Assembly (NCBI RefSeq): GCF_003918875.1
Contig: NW_025767301.1
Span: forward strand, 1,054,001-1,118,000
DNA length: 64,000 bases
Direction: 5' to 3'
Origin: Haliotis rubra
Taxonomy: Eukaryota
Positions 1 through 58,289 of this stretch are shown in pieces. The notes under the pieces are model-generated. The model was not told the origin of the DNA. It made no database searches and saw nothing but the letters and a program-made list of their open reading frames with translations. How positions within the stretch are numbered: the stretch's first letter is position 1; each line of letters starts with the position of its first letter. The translations under genes and the position numbers were made by a program.

Positions 1-864
1 TTGGAAGCTTAATTTATGAAGAACAAACACACATGTTGAGAAATAAACGTCACCAAGTGACTGGAATTATGAGCCGTAAATTAGGATTGAGCCAACAGGT
101 AAGAAAAGAGTGGAAGTGGAGATTGAACATAATACACACACTCGCACAGACATGCACGCACACAATCAAAAGTTGAAGAGTGACAAGTGAGTGAGCTGAT
201 TATCGTGAAAGTGTGGAATTAATGGACTAGTCACAAACACACGCATTCAATAGTTACATGATTTACCACCTGATTGAAAGTGGGTTGTCTTATGCGCGAA
301 TGATAGGTCAAACACATGGTAGTAATAATATTCTGACTACCTATGTCTCTTGCGGGTATACTCGCACCAAACTCACAGTCCTCACCTCTCAGAGAGTAAA
401 TAAATAATACATTAAGTGCCTCGTCACACATCTAATATTCCATTCATTGTCAGCCTCTCTTTCAAACCTCATTATGGAAGCCGAAATGGCCAACCTACAA
501 GCTTGGAGGAGGAAGGAAGCAAGCAGTTTGAACGTTATTAGTTGCAGAACGGTGTGGGCTACCACACAGGCAGATTGGTGGTGGATAGCGCACACTCTAT
601 GCCTGTACACAAACAGTAAAACAGTATCATTGAATCAGGGCTATGTACAATAAAATGTCAGTGTTTTCTATCTACACTACTTCAGTCGCAGATATTAAGA
701 GTTGCTCAAACTGCATGCTTTCTTCATCTCTATATTTGGTCAGCGGGGTAACAGGGTGGGGTGGGTAAAGCCACAAATCCCCTCCCTCCCTCCCGCCCTG
801 GTTAGTCTAAGGCAACACCAATCCCCTGCTATCCTCTGCCTCTGCAGACGCTCGTCCATCGTCG

Positions 865-47087
<46,223 letters not shown>

Positions 47088-48040
47088 GTCTAGCGGCGAC
47101 CTGTACCCCAGGGAAGGTTGATACTCTATTATCGACGTACTCGATCGCCTCAACACTAAACAAGGAAGATGATTGGTCTATTTAGGTCACATGGCTTTCG
47201 AAGTCTCTGCCGAAATCATGTGACAACCAAAGCAAAAGTTTGGAAACGTCAATAAAATAAGTGAATACATAATCTTAACGAAATGTTGAAGAAAGTTAGA
47301 AATATTTTTCGCTACTAATATGATATTTTCCAAAACATGAGTGACTGGGTTTTTCTGAGAGTGGAAATCTACATAACTGCAAACGTAAGTGACTCTTCTC
47401 AAATGTTATTCGACTTATGTTACATAAAAAAATGACTGACGTGGTTATACCTCTTATAAGTATCGATTTGCAATCTGACCAGATTAAAACCTACTATCCC
47501 ATAATTTTGTTATAAAGAACACAGGAAGTGTAATTGGATATGCGCACTTTCACATGCATAAGCCTATTGATACACAATTAGGAATAGACATAATGTTTAA
47601 GTATGTAATATAAATCTTACAACACAAACACCCTTACGTTTAAAAAATAACCCTTGAATATAAACTGTTTCGTTTCAGAAACAACGGCATGTGTCTGCAG
47701 TTAAAAGACAGGTGTCTTGAGGTCACGCCTTTAACACACATTTTATGTAACTGCAATGCGTTTACTGTATGCTATATGTGCACGACTTTTTTGTGTGTGC
47801 ATGTCAGTTGACACCGTGAATAATTAATCTTCATATCCTAATTATGAAACTCTTTTGGTCAGTTTCCTTTACTAATCAGATCACTTTAATAGTCTTAAAA
47901 GTGAATTATTAACACTCAAATGTACGTGCTTGGTTATCAACATGTTCAGTCAGAACTGAGAAGACAGTTATAGTTGTTGTTGACATGGTGTTGGGCGTGG
48001 TTAACGTTCTTGATCTTATTGTCGACACCAGTCCTGTGAT

Positions 48041-48211
48041 CGGGAGGTCAGGTTTGCTGGCTTGGTTGACACATGACATCGGTTCCCAGTTGCACAGATA
48101 GATGCTCATGCTGTTGATCACTGGATTGTCTGGTCCAGACTTGATTATTTACAGACCGCCGCCATATAGCTGGAATATTGCTGAGTGCGGCGTAAAACTA
48201 AACTCACTCAC
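48041..48211 (+). mobile_element. SINE-like family B, 5'-truncated
   Basis: Homology; TSD tcctgtgat. Confidence 0.85.
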
Positions 48212-48501
48212 TCCTGTGATTGGCGTGTAATACTGTACATATAGTATATGCTGGATATCACTTGAAAACGGTGTTAGAACCTACACCGAAACGTCGCTTT
48301 CACTGAAGAAGTTGTTCTTCCATATATTGTTATCGTGGCTTAATTCCTGGATTTTTATTTTTAATATGAAAAAGGTATATTAACAAAAACGTACAAACAC
48401 GCTTTCGGCAGGTCCTTCACACAAGTGTTGCAGGTAGATTTATGTCAACAAGGTATGCTTCAAGAAATGTCTTTTTCATGTGTTATTTACATCACAGTTG
48501 T

Positions 48502-49483
48502 ACCCATGAAGATCCAGGTTAGAATTGGTATTCAGTAACCCATGCTTGTCTCCTCGTGAAGATCCAGGTTAGAATTGGTCTTCAGTAACCCATGCTTGTC
48601 TCCTCGTGAAGATCCAGGTTAGAATTGGTATTCAGTAACCCATGCTTGTCTCCTCGTGAAGATCCAGGTTAGAATTGGTATTCAGTAACCCATGCTTGTC
48701 TCCTCGTGAAGATCCAGGTTAGAATTGGTATTCAGTAACCCATGCTTGTCTCCTCGTGAAGATCCAGGTTAGAATTGGTCTTCAGTGACCCATGCTTGTC
48801 TCCTCGTGAAGATCCAGGTTAGAATTGGTCTTCAGTAGCCCACCCATGCTTGTCTCCTCGTGAAGAAGATCAGTGACCAGGTGAAGATCCAGAATTGGTC
48901 TTCAGTAACCCATGCTTGTCTCCTCGTGAAGATCAGGTTAGGTTAGAATTGGTCTTCAGTATCCCATGCTTGTCTTCAGTAACCCTCTTGTCTCCTCGTG
49001 AAGATCCAGGTTAGAATTGGTCTTCAGTGCCCACCATTGGTCTTTTTGTCTCCTCGTGAAGATCCAGGTTAGAATTGGTCTTCAGTGACCCATGCTTGTC
49101 TCCTCGTGAAGATCCAGGTTAGAATTGGTCTTCAGTAACCCATGCTTGTCTCCTTGTGAAGATCCAGGTTAGAATTGGTCTTCAGTAACCCATGCTTGTC
49201 TCCTCGTGAAGATCCAGGTTAGAATTGGTCTTCAGTGACCAATGTTTGTCTCCTCGTGAAGATCCAGGTTAGAATTGGTCTTCAGTGACCAATGTTTGTC
49301 ATAAGAGGCCACTAACGGGATCAGGAGGTCAGGCTCGCTGACTTGGTTGACACATGCCATCGTATCCCAACTGCGTTGATTGATGCTCTTGTTGTTGATC
49401 ACTGGATTGTCTGGTCTTGAATTGATTATTTGCAGACCGCCCTCCATATAGCTGGAATATTGTTAAACAACAAAGCAACCAAG
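48502..49483 (+). mobile_element. SINE-like family B copy with its head amplified into a ~16 x 50-bp tandem array
   Basis: Period 50 (gatccaggtt at 48511, 48561, 48611...), followed by the normal body; whole block flanked by atcaYagttgt TSD. Confidence 0.88.
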
Positions 49484-49829
49484 ATCATAGTTGTAGATAG
49501 TTGTACGTGCTCTGCGCGTTTCACTTGTACAAACTGTAGAGATAAGAATAGTTTATATATGTCAGCAGGAAGGTGTATATCGCCTTTTCACCTGCAATCA
49601 TATATACATGTATTTATATATACCAGTGGTCTAACTGTCATCTATTTCCTTGTATCGGCCATGGATATATTTCCTTTCCTGATTGCTATGAACACTCTAC
49701 AGTATTTAATGTTGACGAGAGTACTCCTTGCACAAACAGCAAGGCGTATCACGTACATGTATACATAGCTGAAACACACGATGCACGCCGTTCATACGGA
49801 ACTCCAATTATTAACCTCGATAATGTGGA

Positions 49830-50183
49830 GACCGCCTCCGTGGTGTAGTGGTTAGAGCGTCAGCCCGGAGAGCGGAAGATCGCGGGTTCGATCTCCGACC
49901 GCGTCATACCAAAAGACGTTAAAATATGATACTTGCTGGTCCCTGCCTGGCGCTCGGCATTAATGGGTACAACAAGGACTGGTCGGCTCGGAGTCAGTAT
50001 AATGTGTGTGAGTGGGGTATTCATGCTTCACTGCGGCATGGTATCTCAGTGGGCTAGCACTATAAAACCAGCCTAAGTCTGGGCTAGTACAAGCAGGCGC
50101 ACATACACATACACACGCATGCACGTCGTCATATGAGCTAAATATTCTCAAGCACGACGTAAAACCCAATTTCACCTCACCTG
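49830..50183 (+). mobile_element. tRNA-derived SINE family C (~350 bp; central domain resembles the MetaSINE domain, from memory)
   Basis: A box TGGTGTAGTGG, B box GGTTCGATC, TSD gataatgtgga, three near-identical copies in the window. Confidence 0.9.
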
Positions 50184-50419
50184 GATAATGTGGATCCTGT
50201 TATACAGAATGGTGTAACCTGTAGTTAAATCATTTTCTGCACACAGTTGAGCCTAAAACTACCTTCGATTTGAAAGAGACTTAATACTGTTCCGACTGAC
50301 GTGATCTCAATATTAGACATAACAGTATTTCCCGTTGTCACGTAGCCATGTACCTCCAGCTGGACCCTCGCCAATCAGTGACCGTGTTGTCTGGAATAAC
50401 GGGGTTTCGTTGTGTATTG

Positions 50420-50576
50420 AGTGTGAGTGAGAGAGTTTAGTTTTAGGGTATTTCCAGCAATATCACGGCGGGGACAACAGAAATGGGCTTCACATATTGC
50501 ACCCATGTGGGAAATAGAACCCGAGTCTTCGGCGTGACGAGTGAACGCTTTAACCACTAGGCTACCCCACCACCCC
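50420..50576 (-). mobile_element. SINE family A copy
   Basis: Homology to 7407-7572. Confidence 0.85.
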
Positions 50577-50833
50577 CTTAGTTTATTGAACTGTACATTA
50601 AGTTGGTCTACATTAAATTAATGATACTATGCCCTTGTTGTAGCTTTAAAGTATGCTCTTTATGTACTGACAGTTTTAGCGAGGTTAACAGACTATAACG
50701 CTTTTTCTCTGAAAACATAATGTTTTGAGAAACAAGTGATTGATATTAGGAGCAACGATGAAGCCTGTCAGGGTACGCTGACAGCTCTGTTCCTAAGCCT
50801 GACCATCCGACCCTTTAAGTTGACCAGCACAGA

Positions 50834-51066
50834 CAGGGGCGGATCCAGGATATTGGAGGTGTGTGCGTGCGCGCGTGTGTGAAGTCCAAAGTCATGTCCA
50901 AAGGTACGTTATGGGAAATGTCCAAAGAAATATTATTAAGTGAAGTCCAAAGGTACGTTATGTGGTGTGTGTGTGTGTGTGTGTCAGGAAATGTGTTTGT
51001 GTGGGGAGAAGGATGTGTGTGTGTGTGTGTGTGTGTTTGTGTACGCCCGCTCTTGATCCGCCCCTG
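50834..51066. mobile_element. hAT-like MITE, 5-bp TSD, with (TG)n inside
   Basis: TIR caggggcggatc / gatccgcccctg, TSD acaga. Confidence 0.75.
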
Positions 51067-52067
51067 ACAGAGTGTCAGGAAACCCAAGGGACATTGTACA
51101 CCGTTCCTTACGGGGCCATCGCTTGCATGCCTGCGTGATTGACATGATGACGGTCACATTATCTGTATATGTGATTGCGTGTACATACTGGTTCCCCATA
51201 TTGACATATTAATATGTAATGCGTAAATTTCTATTCATCTGCGTATGACCTTCGAAACCACGACTGGAAACATTTCCTTCCAAACTCATCAAACAGATGA
51301 TCACTGAATGTATTGTCCTTCCAATGATTGTACATGTATTCCTAACGGTTGCGTTTGCACACATGTGCAGACCAGGACAGGTATATCCATCGACACATGT
51401 GAAACATGCGAGACAGGGATCAGATGGCCTTTAATGGTTGCTGAGAATGGATTTAATATGTATTGATGGGAGACCTCTAGTATGCCTCACAGTCCCTAAA
51501 CCATATTATTTTCCCTACTCCCTCGCCCTCACTGCAACGATCAAGTCCTAAATGAAGCAAGTCTAGATTTCCTCACTGGGGATCCTATTCAGTTTAAATG
51601 GGTTTATTTGTAACTGTCAAATTGATTATATTCAGACATTAGCGTTAGTCATGGAGGGCTCCGATTCACCTGCATCCTTTCCCAAACTTATAGTGAATCG
51701 TGTCTTATAAGTATGCATGTGTGTGTTTGTGTGCACATGCACGCGTGTGAATGTGTGTGTCTGATTATGCATGTGTATTTGATGTCTAACGCTACAGGTA
51801 CTCCAGCAGAACGACTCGTGGTCAACCATTGGCTCATCAGCCCGCGATGACAGTGGCGACAGTCTTGTTGCCAACTTGTTGATGAACGGGTCATAAACAC
51901 GGCATTTCTGGGGCAGTTCCGTGTTTCACATATTCTAGAACATTTCCTGACGATTGTATCAAAACACTAACAAGAACACACGGAAATCGACAGACTGTGG
52001 TTTCACACATACAGGAATGAACAGGTCATACTGTCAATGTTACCTCACACTTTAATGTAGTTCAGAT

Positions 52068-52248
52068 AGTTTGGTTTGTTGTTTTACGCCGCACTCAGCA
52101 ATACTCCAGCTATATGGCAGCGGTCTGTAAATAATCAAGTATGGACCAGACAATCCAGTGATCAACAGCATGATCATCAATCTACGCAATTGGGATGCGA
52201 TGATTTCAACCAAGTCAGCTAGCCTGACCACCCGGTTCCGTCAGTCGT
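52068..52248 (-). mobile_element. SINE-like family B, 5'-truncated
   Basis: Homology. Confidence 0.8.
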
Positions 52249-52323
52249 AATTCAGATATACAATAAATACGGAGATATAGCCGTTTACTGAAAACCTTGG
52301 TGACTGGAAGAAATAAGACAATA

Positions 52324-52689
52324 NNNNNNNNNNNNNNNNNNNNNNNNNNNNNNNNNNNNNNNNNNNNNNNNNNNNNNNNNNNNNNNNNNNNNNNNNNNNN
52401 NNNNNNNNNNNNNNNNNNNNNNNNNNNNNNNNNNNNNNNNNNNNNNNNNNNNNNNNNNNNNNNNNNNNNNNNNNNNNNNNNNNNNNNNNNNNNNNNNNNN
52501 NNNNNNNNNNNNNNNNNNNNNNNNNNNNNNNNNNNNNNNNNNNNNNNNNNNNNNNNNNNNNNNNNNNNNNNNNNNNNNNNNNNNNNNNNNNNNNNNNNNN
52601 NNNNNNNNNNNNNNNNNNNNNNNNNNNNNNNNNNNNNNNNNNNNNNNNNNNNNNNNNNNNNNNNNNNNNNNNNNNNNNNNNNNNNNNNN
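52324..52689. other. Assembly gap
   Basis: N run. Confidence 1.
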
Positions 52690-52778
52690 GATCGTTTGTT
52701 AAACAACTTTTTTATTCCGGTGTATCGTTACAGACAAGAGAACACACCATTTGAAGAGTAAAAAACTAGTCTAATTAA

Positions 52779-53703
52779 TCAATTAGGTAAAAATCGTTTT
52801 GTTAAGGTAAAATAGTCATGTAATGATTTTACAATATTTTCATTGATTTCGTCAGAATATGAGTAACTTCCACATAATACAGATTGAATATTAAAACCAT
52901 TTATGTAATAGAAACACTTCGATAAAATTGTAGTAAACTTTGGACAGATAAATAGAAAATGAATGGCATCTTCATAATGATGGCCACAAGTGCAAGTAGA
53001 CGTATTTTGAAGGAAACGGTCACATTTATGTGCATTTAAGTCACTACAGCCAAATCTTAACTTACAATGACTTATTTGGTTAAATCTAGTTCCAGTGTTT
53101 CTGAAGACATGATGTACATTGGATGAGACAGTTCGATCAAAGTGTTTCTTGAACATGGCAACGGAATCAATGTTTCTTATATCATTATCTAACTTGTTCC
53201 ACTCCATCACAGAGGATGGTAAAAAAGATATTTTATATGTTTCCGTACGACATAAAGGTACTTGGAGTATATTACTAGATCTAGATTCATATGTGGATAC
53301 AGAGGATATGTTTATTGGAATTAGATCTGATATATACTTTGGAGTTTTATTATGGAACATTTTATGAAATACACACATTTGGTGATTTTTGCGACGTTCC
53401 CTTAATGATGAAAAAACAGTTTCATGAAAGATTTTGGAATGGCTGACTCCTCGAACAGATCCACATATGGTTCTTAAAGCATCTAAGTGAAGTTTTTCTA
53501 ACAATAACTCTTGAGTTTGTGTACAGTTGTTACAAATATAATCACAATAGTCAAAAAGTGGTAAAACAAATGAACTATACAGGGTTTGGAGGGTTTTCCT
53601 CTGAAGGCGGTATTTCAGACTTCTTAAACAATTGATCATAGGACTAACTTCAGAAATAATATCATCTATATGTGTATTCCAGTGGCCATCGCTTTGTAAA
53701 GTT
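52779..53703 (-). mobile_element. 5'-truncated non-LTR retrotransposon ORF2 C-terminus (CR1/L2-group-like)
   Basis: ~300 open codons: W..HI...; LY.SFV.P..DY post-RT motifs; SFLPS....WN.L; C-terminal CTCG..ED..HFLF.CP. Confidence 0.88.
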
Positions 53704-53794
53704 TGTATGTATGTATGTATGTATGTATGTATGTATGTATGTATGTATGTATGTATGTATGTATGTATGTATGTATGTATGTATGTATGTATGT
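53704..53794. repeat. (TATG)n microsatellite
   Basis: ~22 perfect units. Confidence 0.98.
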
Positions 53795-54210
53795 GACGGT
53801 TGCCGTTCACATAAGAAAAATAAAAGTTCAAAGATGATATCTATCGCTTTCTCTATTAATTGGTTTCACCATTGTGACTTTCAAGTTAGCCACACCTGAT
53901 CTATCAATGCATCGCTTTGACCGATCTAATGCCCCATTAAGTGGGCATCGATATGGAGAGATCAAGCGATTGGTTCCCAAAACAGAGGCGTCAGGTAGAT
54001 AGCATCGTCCTTGAGCACCAAGGACATAGATTGGACATAGACTGAAAAGAGGGGTATATGTATAATTACTGTATGGTGAAGTGGGGAATAGCTGCTTGTC
54101 TGACGGGCAGCCCGGTGTTGGAGATGCTGTGACCAGGTGGTACCGCGACCCTGGCTCACCGACTGAAGATACTTGTGACTGACCTTTGTTATTAGTGCCT
54201 GGGGTAGTTT

Positions 54211-54450
54211 NNNNNNNNNNNNNNNNNNNNNNNNNNNNNNNNNNNNNNNNNNNNNNNNNNNNNNNNNNNNNNNNNNNNNNNNNNNNNNNNNNNNNNNNNN
54301 NNNNNNNNNNNNNNNNNNNNNNNNNNNNNNNNNNNNNNNNNNNNNNNNNNNNNNNNNNNNNNNNNNNNNNNNNNNNNNNNNNNNNNNNNNNNNNNNNNNN
54401 NNNNNNNNNNNNNNNNNNNNNNNNNNNNNNNNNNNNNNNNNNNNNNNNNN
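54211..54450. other. Assembly gap
   Basis: N run. Confidence 1.
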
Positions 54451-55341
54451 TGTTTTATATATTAGTTTAATTTATTTAAGACGTTAGATGTCTTCGAATG
54501 GAGCATCTGAATTTAAAAGATAAACCAACAATTTTTGGTGATTTTAGCTGTTATCGACAATATTCCACTTAAGTGTGGGATATTGTCATAGTTTGTTGTA
54601 GTTTTTCGAGCCACCTAATGTGCATTTAAAAAAAAAATAGTGTCAACTATTCACTGAATCAAAGCCCAGCAATATCCCACAATCAAAATGCTATCATTTA
54701 CTTTCAGTTATTGACACGTGTCAAAACGAGATGCACGCACAGTTGTCACGAATTAGAGCTTTGCATTACAGAAGTGTTATTTTGTGTAGACGCATGCTCC
54801 ATGAAATTCTGACCAATCACTAAAACCAGTTGTCAATAACGACGTAATGATGTAAACAGTGTATTGTATCTGGCTATTAACTGCAGAGCCAGCCCCGATA
54901 GTGATGTTAAACTTTCTAATTGTTCCACCGACCTACACTACATTTCGTCACTTGTGAACGCCTAAAGCAGCGTGTGCGCGGATTTTATATACACATCATA
55001 ACAGCTACGGGAGACCTTAATCACAGAGGAGTTACCTCCCCTGTCTGTGCTCCCCCGTATCGTTGTGAGTCTCTCTATAGTTTGTCTATCTGCACTCTCC
55101 GGTCACTGTGGGAAGAAAATTGACTGTACGGACAAGTTAAAACATGACAGGCAGGTTATAGAACTCTGAAGAAGGATGAAACAAACAGACGAATGTTCTA
55201 TTTGTGATAATTTGAAAAGAAACTAAATGTTTGTTTTGCTTAAAAGTATAGAAATAAACGTGTGAGATTAATTTTGAACACTACAATAACATTTACAACA
55301 ACAAATCTCGAGTTATTAAATAGCATTGCCCATGGTAACAA

Positions 55342-56071
55342 TAGTGCGTTTGGCTCAAAAGCGGACAGCGGAGAAAGGGACAGCCAGGTGTTAGAGAAGC
55401 ACGTGCACAAGTACCGACAAAGTTATTGATTTATTAACCTGTGCTGTGCCGTCTCCATCCTTTCTCACACGACCGCCTCCGTGGTGTAGTGGTTAGAGCG
55501 TCCGCCCGGAGTGCGGAAGGTCGCGGGTTCGATCCCCGACCGCGTCATACCAAAAGACGTTAAAATATGGTACTTGTTGGTCCTTGCCTGGCGCTCGGCA
55601 TTAATGGGCACAACAAGGACTGGTCGGCTCGGAGTCAGTATATAATAATGTGTCTGAGTGGGGTATTCATGCTTCACTGCGGCATGGTATCTCAGTGGGC
55701 TAGCACTTTAAAACCAGCTTAAGTCTGGGCTAGTACAAGCAGCCGCACATACACATACACACGCATGCACGTGGTCATATGAGCGAAATATTCTCAAGCA
55801 CGACGTAAAACCCAATTTCACCTCACCTTTCTCGCACACCTGGCTGTCCCTTTCTCTGCACTCCTCCCTCGTAACAAATAGTGAACTGTGTCAATATTTT
55901 AATGATATTTTGTTAAACAACGTTTTTATTTTTAGGACATAAATTCTGCAAAAAACTCACAGAGTTGGTCTGATGTTTTCATTATGATCAGTGTTTCATT
56001 GAGTATTATATGTTTATTAGTTTTCGAGTTAGATTGCAATTCATCGGTCCGCTTTTGAGCCAAACGGACTA
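55342..56071. mobile_element. Non-autonomous TIR element hosting a SINE insertion
   Basis: 25-bp inverted ends tagtgcgtttggctcaaaagcggac / gtccgcttttgagccaaacggacta. Confidence 0.7.
55471..55825 (+). mobile_element. SINE family C copy
   Basis: TSD cctttctcRcac. Confidence 0.9.
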
Positions 56072-56415
56072 TAACCGTCTACCAGTGTACACCTTTGGGG
56101 AACATATATAACATTATAGTTTACATACATATTCGTAGGTTGATTTGTTGTTGAACGCCACACTCAGCAATATTACAGCTAAATGGCGACGGTCTGTAAA
56201 TAGTCGACTTTAATATATAAGTTTGCAGAACCTCGTCGACACTCAAAAATATTTACAAACATTAGTGTGAAATATGTCTAAATTACTGGCAAAATAGGAT
56301 AAGTTGAGCACCGACCTGAAATTGACCCGTATTAGGATATATGAGAGCCGCCCACTGGCGCTTGCCATTGTTAGCGAAGGGGCCCCAGGTATACCGCTAT
56401 CAAGTGTAGTGCGAC

Positions 56416-56489
56416 CATCCTGGTTCCCGGGCCTCTCATTATATAGAGGGCCTATATATAAACTAATGAGAGGCCCTGGAACCAGGATG
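56416..56489. mobile_element. 74-bp palindromic mini-transposon
   Basis: 26-bp inverted arms (1 mismatch), 9-bp flanking repeat tagtgcRac. Confidence 0.75.
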
Positions 56490-57219
56490 TAGTGCAACTT
56501 GCTACACCGACGTGAGACGTGAGCAAGGCGTGTGCAGCTACGCGCGGAATCAGTTTCATCGTCATGTAATTCACGTGCACTATCCTACATCGGCTCTACC
56601 TTTCACAAACCAAATTGGTTTGCTCATGGCCGTGCACCGCTTCTCGTAAGTTGTACGCGTTCTCTGCGCCGGTCCAACTTATCCTTTTTTAATTGCCTGT
56701 AGATGAATGTGGACAGCCCCAAAACTCTACACTATGCAACAGAAATGACTTTACCCTCGCTGTAAAAGTGCTTAAAGAGTAACTTTGCAAGCATACATCG
56801 AAAAAATGAACCCTACGGATGTAATAATAACTCCACATATTCAGATCTCTTTATGAATATGCTGTCTTTTCGGTCATAGTCTAGTACTCCGAGATAAATA
56901 TTGCAAAACAGAAGAGCCATACGACATATCATTGTTTAATTGAAGTATTACATATTCTAATTTCGCAAAAAACATGGAATACATTTTTCTTCCCGTGGTA
57001 AATAAAATACATTGTATACCATGCTTCATAAGCTAAAGACCTTTTTTAAACCAAGAAAGACAGTCGGGATGCACAGGGTATGACACATGCATGTTGCAAC
57101 AACTTCTCGTGTTATCGCTTTCTCGTCTCGTGATATCGCTTTCTCGCTTTCTCGCCTCCGAATTTTTAAGGCGAGAAAGCGATGGCCCTAATCAGCCACC
57201 ACAAAATATACCTCTGGAC

Positions 57220-57421
57220 TGGTTTGCTGCTTGACGCCTCACTATTACGGCAATATGGAGGCGGTCTATAAATAATCGAGTGTAGACCAGTGACCAGTGA
57301 TCAACAACACGATCATCGTCAACCAGGTCAGCGGGCGCGCCTGACCACCCGATCCCGTTAGTGGCCTCTTACGATAAGCATGGGTTGCTGAAGATCACTT
57401 CTAACCCGGATCTTCACGGGT
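57220..57421 (-). mobile_element. SINE-like family B copy
   Basis: Intact head ACCCGTGAAGATCCGGGTTAG. Confidence 0.85.
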
Positions 57422-57591
57422 TCGAAGGTGCAGATATTTCTGAGTTTATATCAAAATGTGACCACACGCCATGACGTAAGTACGGGAATGAGCCCCAAAT
57501 GAAGCTGTAATGGATCCGAGTTATGCTAGACGGGTCTACAATTTCTACCCGTCCCAAGTCACAATGATTCCTTTGCCAGGTGTGCTGAATA

Positions 57592-57943
57592 GGTGAGGTG
57601 AAATTGGGTTTAACGTCGTGCTTGAAAATATTTCGCTCATATGACGACGTGCATGCGTGTGTATGTGTATGTGCGCCTGCTTGTACTAGCCCAGACTTAA
57701 GCTGGTTTTATAGTGCTAGCCCACTGAGATACCATGCCGCAGTGAAGCATGAATACCCCACTCAGACACATTATACTGACTCCGAGCCGACCAGTCCTTG
57801 TTGTACCCATTAATGCCGAGCGCCAGGCAGGGACCAACAAGTACCATATTTTAACGTTTTTTGGTATGACGCGGTCGGGGATCGAACCCGCGACCTTCCG
57901 CACTCCGGGCGGACGCTCTAACCACTACACCACGGAGGCGGTC
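57592..57943 (-). mobile_element. SINE family C copy, 55 nt downstream of the glucuronosyltransferase stop codon
   Basis: TSD ggtgtgctgaata (57579-57591/57944-57956). Confidence 0.9.
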
Positions 57944-57997
57944 GGTGTGCTGAATATATTCCTTTCGTGTTATACAAGAACAGATACAAACAAGGGT

Positions 57998-58099
57998 TTA
58001 AACCTCAACAGTAAAGTAGGGCCCTTGGAGAAGTTCTTCTATATTCGTTGCTTCAGCGTCTAATATTGGAGGCATTGTTCTAGTATGCCACACAAGTAC
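57998..58099 (-). CDS. GT43 glucuronosyltransferase last coding exon (VLVWHTRT...TVEV*)
   Basis: VLVWHTRT motif and C-terminal xEV typical of B3GAT1-3; tacag acceptor, TAA at 57998-58000. Upstream exons lie beyond the window end. Confidence 0.93.
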   Translation of the reverse strand, partial: VLVWHTRTMPPILDAEATNIEELLQGPYFTVEV

Positions 58100-58289
58100 C
58101 TGTAATCAGAGACAAAATGCAGATATCAGCTCATAAACACGCAAACACCCCCATCCTCTCACTCCAAATGCCCATTAAAGAATGAAAGAGCCCAGACTGC
58201 AGTCATTGCCAGTACAATACCATGTAGACAAACTTTGGAAAGACTTCCGCTCGTATCCCCCTTAAATCAAATCATATTACCAGAATATA

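Noticed and set aside
48506-49300. Regular repeats superficially like a CRISPR array
   Set aside because: No unique spacers and no cas genes; eukaryotic context; the unit is a SINE head
49830-49902. tRNA-like sequences (also 55471, 57943 and family A heads)
   Set aside because: They continue into SINE bodies with TSDs; SINE heads, not tRNA genes
52215-52761. Long ORFs spanning X runs (also 54186-54470, 58916-59414)
   Set aside because: Artefacts of N gaps
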